Shown piece by piece: positions 12,715 to 56,167 of a stretch of 64,000 nt of DNA. Numbering within the stretch: the first letter of the stretch is position 1; the number at the start of each line of letters is the position of its first letter. Where the stretch lies: positions 186,001 through 250,000 of the forward strand of contig NIVC01001102.1 in the NCBI GenBank assembly GCA_002269645.1. The letters run 5' to 3'. The notes below the pieces were generated by a model. The model was not told the DNA's origin. It did no database searches and saw only the letters and a list, made by a program, of their open reading frames with translations. The DNA comes from Macrostomum lignano. Lineage: Eukaryota. Made by a program: the position numbers and the translations under genes.

Positions 12715-13213
12715 TGCCATGTACGCCGGAAATTTGATTTGAGACGCGCATTGAGCGCCCATATTTAGTATCTAAGCGGGCGAAGCTTATCTCTTGGTGT
12801 CTCTTGTCTCTTGGTTGACGCTCTTTGTAACAACTACACAGTAAAGCATTCGATTTAAGTATTACCTGTCTATTTAAGGTAAATATGATTTTAATTTTGT
12901 ATAAAAATTGAAATGTAAATCAGATCAGCTCAATTTCCAGTCCAGACTCTAACATCAGGCATCCCTGGCCAGCGAATTGCTCAACTCTGGCCTGTCTTTC
13001 CTTTCCTTTCATTTCGCTCTTATCTCAGCCAACCCTCTTTAATTAGGCAGCCACTGCACAAACTGCAGCGGCTTTTGCGGCAACACCGGAAAGAGAGGTC
13101 CATGAGGCTGCTCTGCCTGTGTGCGTATTTAAGGGAGAGATTGAAACGAGTTTACTCAACCAGCTCCACCCCTCTAATAAGTTTGTGAGCAACTCTGTCA
13201 AACACTAACAACC

Positions 13214-16777
<3,564 letters not shown>

Positions 16778-17339
16778 ACTGATGAAGCTGCACTGAGATG
16801 CTGGAATTTGAGCTAATTGCTACTACTGATAATGAAGGATTCGCATGAAAATCTCAATAAAACTACTACTATTAAATCTACAAAAAATTATTAACCAATT
16901 AACAGTTAATTCGTTTCTAATCACAACTATTAATATAAAAAACAGCTATTAATTATTCAGTTAAAAATACACATTCGAAATTCATAAAACTAACATTCAT
17001 GTTACAAGTCGAAATTATGTTTTTCGCTACTCTTGTTTTATATTCAAACTACTCTACTTAAAGTAGAAAGTAGCGATTATCTAACATTCTATATTGCTCT
17101 CCGGTTTCTCATTGGTCAGTGGGGCGGACAAGTCATGCTGGCCAATAAACAACGAGACTGCATGATCCCAACGAAAGGGTTAAAACTGTTTTTGTGTCCA
17201 TTTATTGAAACAGAATCAAGTGGAAAACGCCAACCGAACTAAAGGGTTCCGTGTTCTGTGTTGCTTTTATATTATACATGTACATTGAATTCAGCAACGG
17301 CTCTTGTTAAGAAAGCTGGTAAGTTATACATTAACTTAA

Positions 17340-17942
17340 AGATAGCGGCCCAAATGCTTAGATAGCGGCCCAGATGCTTAGATAGCGGCTCAGATGCTTT
17401 CATAGCAGCCCAGATGCTTAGATAGCGGCTCAGATGCTTAGATAGCGGCTCAGATGCTTTCATAGCAGCCCAGATGCTTAGATAGCGGCTCAGATGCTTA
17501 GATAGCGGCTCAGATGATTAGATAGCGGCCCAGATACTTAGATAGCGGCCCAGATGCTTAGATAGCGGCTCAAATGCTTAGATAGCGGCTCAGATGCTTA
17601 GATAGCGGCTCAGATGCTTAGATAGCGGCCCAAATGCTTAGATAGCGGCTCAGATGCTTAGATAGCGGCTCAGATGTTTAGATAGCGGCTCAGATGTTTA
17701 GATAGCGGCTCAGATGCCTAGGTAGCGGCCCAGATTTTTAGATAGCGGCTCAGATGTTTAGATAGCGGCTCAGATGATTAGATAGCAGCTCAGATGCTTA
17801 GATAGCGGCTCAGATGCTTAGATAGCGGCTCGGATGCTTAGATAGCGGCCCAAATGCTTCAATAGCGGCTCAGGTGCTAAGATAGCGGCCCAGATGCTTA
17901 GATAGCGGCTCAGATGCTTAGATAGCGGCCCAGATGCTCAGC
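17340..17942. repeat. 20-bp minisatellite cagatgcttagatagcggct
   Basis: Direct; between JmjC and APCDD1. Confidence 0.95.
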
Positions 17943-18081
17943 AGTGCATCTTTTCTAGCAAGTACCTATATATATATGGAAAATTAATTCTTTCCATTTA
18001 AATCCGAAGAAAACTCAAACAACTCAACAATTAACCAGAATCAGAATCCTCATCAACCTTTTTACTCAAACCTTGGCAGCC

Positions 18082-44403
<26,322 letters not shown>

Positions 44404-44489
44404 TGCTTGAACTGGGGCCGCTATAGGAGAACGTGAAAAATTTACAGCGCCGGAAAATTTAAAAGTATAATATAGCTCGGACAGTACTT

Positions 44490-44790
44490 CTACAGCCCAC
44501 CTCACTCCCTGTTTTTCCTACCCCTCAGTTCTGCAGCCACCTCACTCCCTGTCCATCTCTACCCCTCAGTTCCGCAGCCACCTCACTCTCTGTCCCTTTC
44601 TACCCCTCAGTTCTGCAGCCACCTCACTCCCTGTCCCTCTCTACCCCTCAGTTCTGCAGCCACCTCACTCCCGTCCCTCTCTACCCCTCAGTTCCGCAGC
44701 CACCTCACTCTCTGTCCCTTTCTACCCCTCAGTTCCGCAGCCACCTCACTCCCTGTCCTTTTCCTACCCCTAAGTTCTGCAGCCATTTCA
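44490..44790. repeat. ~41-bp minisatellite ctacccctcagttctgcagccacctcactccctgtccct
   Basis: Direct. Confidence 0.9.
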
Positions 44791-45819
44791 CTATCTGTTC
44801 TGTTCAACAGCTACCCCTCAAGCGAGAGTATACCCAGACATTGAATTGAATATTGATTTCCAGCGGCTACTTCAACTTCTGAATGGCTAATAAAACAGCA
44901 ATTATAAGAATAAAATGCAATAAAATTGTTCTTAATTCCTAGTACACAAATCTGTAATATTGCAATACATCATAGAGTATTGTGTGTTATGCAGTGTTAA
45001 ACATGTGATTTACTCGTAGCAAAAAAGTGTATAAATACTTTTTTATTTCCTCTACCGTATAATTTTTAAACACTCTCGTGCCATGCATGCTAGACCAATG
45101 CAACGAAAAATACGCAATTTCATGCCTAATTTCTGTAAAATATATTTATAACTCACTTACGGCTGTTGTTGTTTTTTGTAAAATTCAAATAAAATAAGAA
45201 TAATTTTCATTCAGAAAACATTTTTGATGGGTCTTCACCGTTATTTTAACTAATTGATATCAGGTAAAAACGTTACGTTGTAGCTTTGCATTTTACGAGT
45301 AAGTCTTCAGTCTAAAACCTTTGACTTTACTGCACATATATGATCGATTGATCCATCGATCCGGCCTTTCCACTTGACTTTGTACACAGCTTGGTTAGTT
45401 TGCACAATGACACTCGTCGCCCAGACGTCAGCTCGGTCTTACGCGTATCCAACCAGCTGCGATAAAGATTGGCTTTCTCGTGGCTAAGAATACAAACACT
45501 TGGACAAGGTAAACATTGTGTAAAGTGACAGGCGCGCACTCCCACACACATTTGCTCTGCACCTGGTCCGACTCGAGCTTCAAGAGCTCAACACACCCCC
45601 GGGCCTTAGCAACAAGCGTTAATTATAAATCAGTGTACCCAGCCAGACTAGTGTTTGACAGATATGCATGTATTCGATTTAAATTAACTTAGGGGGGTTT
45701 GGAATGCAGGTGGTAATTAAAGCGCGACCTTGACAATTCCCTGTGTGGTTCCATTCAGTGCCGTGGTGCCACATTCATTTTGGGTCTCGTGCACCAAAAT
45801 TAGCCCAATGAGGGTTGAG

Positions 45820-47780
45820 GGTATCTAAGGATTCAGTGAGGGAAATACTGGGTGCCGGGTGGGATTCAGTATTGGGAATACTGGTTGGGGGATGTGATTC
45901 AGTGTGGGAAACACTGGATGGGGGGTGTGATTCAGTGTGGGGAATACTGGGTGCCGGGTGGGATTCAGTGAGGGGAATACTGGATGGGGGATGGGATTCA
46001 GTGTTGGGAATACTGGTTGGGGGATGTGATTCAGTGTTGGGAATACTGGTTGGGGGATGTGATTCAGTGTGGGAAACACTGGATGGGGGATGTGATTCAG
46101 TGTTGGGAATACTGGGTGGGGGTGGGATTCAGTGTTGGGAATACTGGTTGGGGGATGTGATTCAGTGTGGGAAACACTGGATGGGGGATGTGATTCAGTG
46201 TTGGGAATACTGGGTGGGGGATGTGATTCAGTGTGGGAAACACTGGATGGGGGATGTGATTCAGTGTGGGGAATACTGGGTGGGGGATGTGATTCAGTGT
46301 TGGGAATACTGGATGGGGGATGTGATTCAGTGTGGGAAACACTGGATGGGGGATGTGATTCAGTGTGGGGAATACTGGGTGGGGGTGGGATTCAGTGTGG
46401 GAAACACTGGATGGGGGATGGGATTCAGTGTGGGAAACACTGGGTGGGGGTGGGATTCAGTGTGGGAAACACTGGATGGGGGATGTGATTCAGTGTGGGA
46501 AACACTGGATGGGGGATGTGATTCAGTGTGGGAAACACTGGATGGGGGATGTGATTCAGTGTGGGGAATACTGGGTGGGGGTGGGATTCAGTGTGGGAAA
46601 CACTGGATGGGGGATGTGATTCAGTGTGGGAAACACTGGATGGGGGATGTGATTCAGTGTGGGAAACACTGGATGGGGGATGTGATTCAGTGTGGGAAAC
46701 ACTGGATGGGGGATGTGATTCAGTGTTGGGAATACTGGGTGGGGGATGTGATTCAGTGTGGGAAACACTGGATGGGGGATGTGATTCAGTGTGGGAAACA
46801 CTGGATGGGGGATGTGATTCAGTGTGGGAAACACTGGATGGGGGATGTGATTCAGTGTGGGAAACACTGGATGGGGGATGTGATTCAGTGTGGGAAACAC
46901 TGGATGGGGGATGTGATTCAGTGTGGGAAACACTGGATGGGGGATGTGATTCAGTGTTGGGAATACTGGGTGGGGGTGTGATTCAGTGTGGGAAACACTG
47001 GATGGGGGATGTGATTCAGTGTGGGGAATACTGGGTGGGGGTGGGATTCAGTGTGGGAAACACTGGATGGGGGATGTGATTCAGTGTGGGGAATACTGGG
47101 TGCCGGGTGGGATTCAGTGAGGGGAATACTGGATGGGGGATGGGATTCAGTGTGGGGAACACTGGATGGGGGATGTGATTCAGTGTGGGGAATACTGGGT
47201 GGGGGTGGGATTCAGTGTGGGGAATACAGGATGGGGGATGGGATTCAGTGTGGTGAATACTGGGTGCCGGGTGGGATTCAGTGAGGGGAATACTGGATGG
47301 GGGATGGGATTCAGTGTTGGGAATACTGGGTGGGGGTGGGATTCAGTGTGGGGAATACAGGATGGGGGATGGGATTCAGTGTGGTGAATACTGGGTGCCG
47401 GGTGGGATTCAGTGAGGGGAATACTGGATGGGGGATGGGATTCAGTGTTGGGAATACTGGGTGGGGGTGGGATTCAGTGTGGGGAATACAGGATGGGGGA
47501 TGGGATTCAGTGTGGTGAATACTGGATGGGGGATGGGATTCAATGTGGTGAATACTGGATGGGGCATGGGATTCAGTGTGGTGAATACTGGATGGGGGAT
47601 GCAATTCAGTGTGGGGAATATTGGTTTGGGGATGGCCGGGGATTCAGTGTGGGGAATACTGGGTGGGGGATGGGATTCAATGTGGGGAATTCTGGGTGGG
47701 GGATGGGATTTAGTGTGGGAATTCTGGGTGGGGGATGGGATTAGTGTGGGGAATTCTGGTTGGGGGATGGGATTCAGTGC
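45820..47780. repeat. 33-bp G-rich minisatellite gattcagtgtgggaaacactggatgggggatgt
   Basis: Direct; explains the CDSVWETLDGG ORFs. Confidence 0.97.
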
Positions 47781-48276
47781 GGGAAGCTGCATGTATCGGA
47801 ACTATTTCAACCTCTCTGACTTTACAAAGATTTCTCTAACGCGTCAGTAAATTTACATGTTTATATCAGATGTGCAAATTACTCGCTGCCTGTGTTTATT
47901 ATTTTATTTTCCCTGTTCAACGTAAACAGTTTAGATACCACACCATCAGATGCAGATCCAAGCGCTGATCCAAGGAATTTTATTCATTTCCGACCGACAA
48001 GTGGACTCTATATAATTAATCAATTATTTTGTACTGCACAGCCGACGGAATCCTTATCAGAAGCTTTTGGGGTTACGCACTGACTGCAATCTGTCAAATA
48101 CGTTTATGCGCATTTTGCCAACCATGGACACCCACGCGGGGTTCAAAAAGCTGAAATGCTAGGGGATTTGCACAAGCAGTCACCGACTTGCGATTCGGTT
48201 CTAGGAAAAATTCTACTTTAAATGTAAATGTAAGTTCAAAGTAGCACATTTTCTGCTGCTGGTAAAATGTCAGAAG

Positions 48277-48628
<352 letters not shown>

Positions 48629-49154
48629 TCAAGTGAGTACCCGTCAAAGACAACAGCGCACTGCATGAGAAGCTGATGAGCTGCAATGGATCTGTTTCTA
48701 CTAAAAGAAGAAGCCAGCAGCAATTTGCACGAAGCGACAGTCGCTCAGCGGGTGGAAAGGCAGCGTAGACCTCAAGATTGAAACAGAAAACAGTAGCTTG
48801 CAGTGCCTTTTTCTTTCGCATATTTCTGGCCTGGCTGTCACTAAAGATGAACCATCTGCGCTGGTGATGCAGCAGTCATTTGCGAACCCAAGAAATTCGC
48901 CCTTGGCTCGCCCTTACCCCCTGCAGTGCGCGAGAGTCTCCAATAAAGATGGCGACACGATATTGGCTAAGGCGAAGTTTCTGACCTCGGGCTTGGTCAA
49001 TGTGTTTTTCCTGTGAACAAAAAACCTCATTGAAGCAAATTGAATAATTGACAGAATATGAGTGCACTTTGAAATGCAAATACTGCACCTACCTAACTGT
49101 TAGATGAGGAATGAAACTGCAACGAATTGTCTAAGGGACTGCGTTTAACAGAGT

Positions 49155-49860
49155 TGGTGTCTAACAGCTCTAAAAGTTTGTGTCTAACAGGTTGAGCGCT
49201 GTGTCTAACAGGTTGGGTGCTGTGTCTAACAGGTTGCGTGCTGTGTCTAACAGGTTGTGTTCTGTGTCTAACAGGTTGGGTGCTGTGTCTAACAGGTTGC
49301 GTGCTGTGTCTAACAGGTTGCGTGTTGTGTCTAACAGGTTGGGTGCTGTGTCTAACAGGTTGTGTTCTGTGTCTAACAGGTTGGGTGCTGTGTCTAACAG
49401 GTTGAGCGCTGTGTCTAACAGGTTGGGTGCTGTATCTAACAGGTTGCGTGCTGTGTCTAACAGGTTGTGTTCTGTGTCTAGCAGGTTGGGTGCTGTGTCT
49501 AACAGGTTGTGTTCTGTGTTAAACAGGTTGGTTGCTGTGTCTAATAGGTTGGGTGCTGTGTCTAACAGGTTGTGTTCTGTGTCTAACAGGTTGGTTGCTG
49601 TGTCTAACAGGTTGTGTGCTGTGTCTAAAAGGTTGCGTGCTGTGTCTAACAGGTTGTGTTCTGTGTCTAACAGGTTGGGTGCTGTGTCTAACAGGTTGCG
49701 TGTTGTGTCTAACAGGTTGCGTGTTGTGTCTAACAGGTTGTGTTCTGTGTCTAACAGGTTGGGTACTGTGTCTAACAGGTTGCGTGCTGTGTCTAACAGG
49801 CTGAGTTCTGTGTCTAACATGTTGTGTGTTGTGTCTAACAGTTTGTTGGTTGCTGTGTCT
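49155..49860. repeat. 21-bp minisatellite gtgtctaacaggttgggtgct
   Basis: Direct; reverse complement of the 58-59.4 kb array. Confidence 0.95.
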
Positions 49861-50389
49861 AAGATATTGATACCAGTTTACACTGTACAGCCCAATATCA
49901 ATCACATTGAGAATGTTTATCGAGCTAATGTTTTAGTTCGAATATCACCAAAGCAACCATAAAATGCTGAATAAATTTTATAGCTATTATAAATCCCAAT
50001 AAATCCTGTCCCTATCCCATGGGAATGACATATGGGCCCTGCATCAGAGCTTGGAATCTCCCAGAATAAAGTGGTGTTGCCAGTTTCGTATCTACAGTGT
50101 GGCATAACTGCCATTCTGACGGATACTGATGGCTCTCACAGTGAGAAATTGCATACGTATTACGCAACTTGATGCAGCAGATATTATGATGATGGGAAAT
50201 CCATTTTGTTGACGGAACTGTCTCTGAGGTTGCTCTGAGCGCAAAATTAGGACTGTATAGAAATGAGATATCCGTGATCCGATGGTCAGTGTTAGATCAT
50301 TTGCAGTCACTGCTTCTGTGATAAGTTTTCTCATTCTACAGAACAGATTTTATCTGTCTCTGGTCTTTTCTGTCTTGAATACAATCTCT

Positions 50390-50700
50390 GTAGCTTAGTG
50401 CATGGTTAGAGCGTCTGACTCGTGACTGAAAGGTCGCGGGTTCGATTCCCGATCCCACTGGAACAATTTGTGTCCTTGAGCAAGACACCTAACTCTGCAT
50501 TGCTTCAGTTCACCCAGATGTAAAATGGGTGCCAGCATTAGCTGGGGTAATTGAGGGTGCGTGTGGCGACCCCCCCCCCCCCAGTCCTTGGACTGAACAG
50601 CCGTACGCAGCCTTCAGATGCGCCGCGCAATAGCTGCGGCTGAGCTGTCGGTTGCACATCTGCCTATTAGGACAGGTGAAATCAATTGTTATTATTATTT
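50390..50700 (+). mobile_element. tRNA-derived SINE with Nin/Deu-like central domain
   Basis: A box tagcttagtgcatggttagagc, B box ggttcgattccc, then gtgtccttgagcaagacac...cacccagatgtaaaatgggt and an (ATT)n tail. Confidence 0.8.
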
Positions 50701-52054
50701 TTTTATTATCTCTCCTTTGATCTCCAATCTCTGTAGAATCTAATCTCTTTCAAATCTTGTCTCTCTCAAATCTAATCTCTATCAAATCTTATCTCTTTGA
50801 AATCTAATATACTCAAATCTGATCTCTCTCTAATCTAATCTCTCTCGAGTCTGATCTCTTTTAAATCTAGAATCTGTCTCGAATCTCTTAATTTCTCTCT
50901 AATTTAATTTTGAAATCTCGTATATATCCACAATTAAGATTTAAAATCTCTCCAATCTCTGAGCGTATCTGCCTCGGCTGTTTGGTTCCCGGCATCCGCG
51001 AAGATCTGCTACGTCGCTGCGGGCTTGTTTGGGCTGCCTCTCTTTCCGTGAAGGAGGCCAGGACTGCCCGACTGCCAGAGGGCGGCATTAATTGTTCCAG
51101 GCGGTGGTCGAGACCTGGACGCTGACTGACTTACACGTAGAACAACAACTGTTGTTCTTGTTTTTTGTTATTATTCTTATTATTGTTGTTATTATTGTTT
51201 TTTGTTGTTGCTTTTATTGTTGTCGTTGTTGTTGCTATTATTGTTGTTGTTTTTGCTGCTGCTGCTGGCACTACTGGTACTAATCCATCCCATTTGCTTC
51301 AGTCTTTGCAAGTCAAACACAGCATCATAGTTAATATCGGGATAAATTCTCGCGCTTGTGCAAGCAGCATCAAAATTGTCAAAAGAAAAACAGGAACATG
51401 TGTATCTGCTATTACTCAACTGTCAAACCAGAACACCCCAAAGTGCTGCCTGTCGCACGCCAAACAGATCGACTGCTCGCTTCTTGCAAAAGAAAGCTGA
51501 CAGAAATGCAGATCTGTCCCAGATTTCAATCGAGAATTTCTGCAAAAGCAAAACATCTGCTTGCTGCTTGTTGCTTTTCCAACCCATTCCGAAGTTGCAA
51601 CACGCGTTCCTGAGCTGATAGCAGAAATCGACAAAAAGCTTCATTGTATTCAGAACTGCCTGACTGACACCCCTGAGGAGCTGGTATTGCCTGCCTTCCA
51701 TCTGGACTCCTCCGCCTCCGTCTCTGCTTTTTCATCCCAATAATTCGATTGAGGAGGTGGGAAAGTGGAACAGAGAGACAGAGAGATGGAGGGGATGCAG
51801 TTTAAGGTGGGCTACAGATTTAAGTGTCGAGGGTTGGCCATCCCGAACATTGCAGCATGCGGTTTCACTGGGAATGCGAGAGGAAGTGCTTGAGTGGCTC
51901 TCCGGACCCCCTGCCTGTAAGCGACCCCCTGCAGCGTGGCCTAAGTTAATGATAGAGCAAAGCTTCTCAAGACCCCGGAGAGCCACTCGTTGACTATTGA
52001 GCATCCACGGGTATGACGAATGAACGGATTGAGCAATATTGTCTTGCGATAGTT

Positions 52055-52891
<837 letters not shown>

Positions 52892-52967
52892 TTCATAAGG
52901 CAGTTTGAAACTGCAAACCACGCACTCGGAAGATATTGAAGGTTACCAGTTGTCGAATGTTCGAAAA

Positions 52968-53008
52968 AAACCGATATTTCGGCCCAGACTGGGCCTTCGT
53001 CAGGGTTT
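52968..53008 (-). ncRNA. Minimal type-I hammerhead ribozyme (copy 1)
   Basis: Minus strand: AAACC-CUGACGA-A-GGCCCAG U CUGGGCC-GAA-AUAU-C/GGUUU. Stem I AAACC:GGUUU, core CUGANGA and GAAA, stem II hairpin, palindromic AUAU in place of stem III. Confidence 0.85.
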
Positions 53009-53402
53009 ATTTATTCGGGTTTAAAAACAAATATATTGGCAGTGAAGTTATTGTAACATAATTTCAATATATATATATGCTACTTTTGGGGGTGCACTGA
53101 GCAGTGTTGAGTAAAGATGTGTACGTATAATTAGTTAAAAACGTGAGTTGAAGCACGCTGATTGGTTAAAGATTGGCAGCTTAAAGCCTTGCACAAAAAA
53201 TATTAAAGATGTTAGGTGCTATAGAAAAACAGATTTAGAGCGTAGAAGTGTATGAATAAGCATCTTGAAAAGTTCAACAAATAAGTTATTTACGCCCGTA
53301 GAATTGAGAACAAATATTAAATTAAAACAGAGCACTGAGAACTTTTCAAAAAGAAGTGCAAGTAAATAGATGTTATTACATAAACAGTAAATAAATTGAG
53401 TC

Positions 53403-54310
53403 GCCAGGCAGGCCACTAGTTGCAGTTGGCGGCGTCTGGTCACAGATCGCCGCCTGCACAGCCCCTGGTCACAGGCGACTGGGCACTGCAGATCAGTTGA
53501 GGCTAGATTATCAGTAGTAGTAGCACTAGTAGTTGCAGTAGTAGCTCGTAGTAGTAGTAATGGAAGTAGTAGTAGTACAAGTATTAGTAGAGTAGTAGTA
53601 GAGCAGTCGTAGGCGTAGTCGTAGTAGAGACGTACTGGTAAGCAGTTATTTGAAGTAGCCAGGCAGGCCACTAGTCGCAGTTGGCGGCGTCTGGTCACAG
53701 ATCGCCGCCTGCACAGCCCCTGGTCACAGGCGACTGGGCACTGCAGATCAGTTGAGGCTAGATTATCAGTAGTAGTAGCACTAGTAGTTGCAGTAGTAGC
53801 TCGTAGTAGTAGTAATGGAAGTAGTAGTAGTACAAGTATTAGTAGAGTAGTAGTAGAGCAGTCGTAGGCGTAGTCGTAGTAGAGACGTACTGGTAAGCAG
53901 TTATTTGAAGTAGCCAGGCAGGCCACTAGTCGCAGTTGGCGGCGTCTGGTCACAGATCGCCGCCTGCACAGCCCCTGGTCACAGGCGACTGGGCACTGCA
54001 GATCAGTTGAGGCTAGATTATCAGTAGTAGTAGCACTAGTAGTTGCAGTAGTAGCTCGTAGTAGTAGTAATGGAAGTAGTAGTAGTACAAGTATTAGTAG
54101 AGTAGTAGTAGAGCAGTCGTAGGCGTAGTCGTAGTAGAGACGTACTGGTAAGCAGTTATTTGAAGTAGCCAGGCAGGCCACTAGTCGCAGTTGGCGGCGT
54201 CTGGTCACAGATCGCCGCCTGCACAGCCCCTGGTCACAGGCGACTGGGCACTGCGGATCAGTTGAAGCTAGATTTTCAGTAGTAGTAGCACTAGTAGTTG
54301 CAGTAGTAGT
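53403..54310. repeat. 255-bp tandem unit x3 plus a partial fourth, inside the hammerhead element
   Basis: gccaggcaggccactagt starts at 53403, 53658, 53913 and 54168. Each unit has a GC-rich hairpin half and a (GTA)n-rich half. Confidence 0.95.
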
Positions 54311-54588
54311 AGTAGTGGTAGTAGAGTAGTAGTAGTACAGTCGTAGTCGTAGCCGTAGTCGTAGTAGTGTCGTGCGTCTTAAATATTCAGCTGCAGAAAT
54401 AGTACTCTTGCTTATCCCAAGTAGATTTTTGGCGGAGAATAGCTCGTATACGAAGATATTTTGTTGACAAACATGGCGAGCCTCAATAATAGTCCGGTCC
54501 TGGGTACAGATATTCATAAGGCAGTTTGAAACTGCAAACCACGCACTCGGAAGATATTGAAGGTTACCAGTTGTCGAATGTTCGAAAA

Positions 54589-54629
54589 AAACCGATATTT
54601 CGGCCCAGACTGGGCCTTCGTCAGGGTTT
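54589..54629 (-). ncRNA. Minimal type-I hammerhead ribozyme (copy 2)
   Basis: Same sequence as 52968-53008, in the second direct repeat. Confidence 0.85.
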
Positions 54630-55004
54630 ATTTATTCGGGTTTAAAAACAAATATATTGGCAGTGAAGTTATTGTAACATAATTTCAATATATATATATG
54701 CTACTTTTGGGGGTGCACTGAGCAGTGTTGAGTAAAGATGTGTACGTATAATTAGTTAAAAACGTGAGTTGAAGCACGCTGATTGGTTAAAGATTGGCAG
54801 CTTAAAGCCTTGCACAAAAAATATTAAAGATGTTAGGTGCTATAGAAAAACAGATTTAGAGCGTAGAAGTGTATGAATAAGCATCTTGAAAAGTTCAACA
54901 AATAAGTTATTTACGCCCGTAGAATTGAGAACAAATATTAAATTAAAACAGAGCACTGAGAACTTTTCAAAAAGAAGTGCAAGTAAATAGATGTTATTAC
55001 ATAA

Positions 55005-55905
<901 letters not shown>

Positions 55906-56167
55906 TAAATATAAAGAGACGCACAGACACAGACTAAAAGTTAGAGTATGTATGTGCAAACATTGTCAAACACTGTCGTTACTTTACTTGTATTGTTATT
56001 GTTAGATTATATAGATTAATATAGAATAATATCACTGATTGACAGGTCAGTCAGTACAAGCAAGCGAATGTCCCTGCGTACGCTGGATTTTACGAGCTAG
56101 AATAAAGATTTCGGATATTTTAGAAACGTTCCAATCATACTACTGACTCCACTCGGCTAGTAAGTAG

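Noticed and set aside
16779-16785. Other CTGATGA hammerhead-core words (also 29052, 48673, 60085)
   Set aside because: No stem II followed by GAAA and no stem I pairing.
53219-54517. 432-aa minus-strand ORF inside the hammerhead element as a real protein
   Set aside because: Openness is explained by (TAC)n tracts and a 255-bp unit divisible by 3; no RT, GIY-YIG or other motif. Not excluded, but unsupported.
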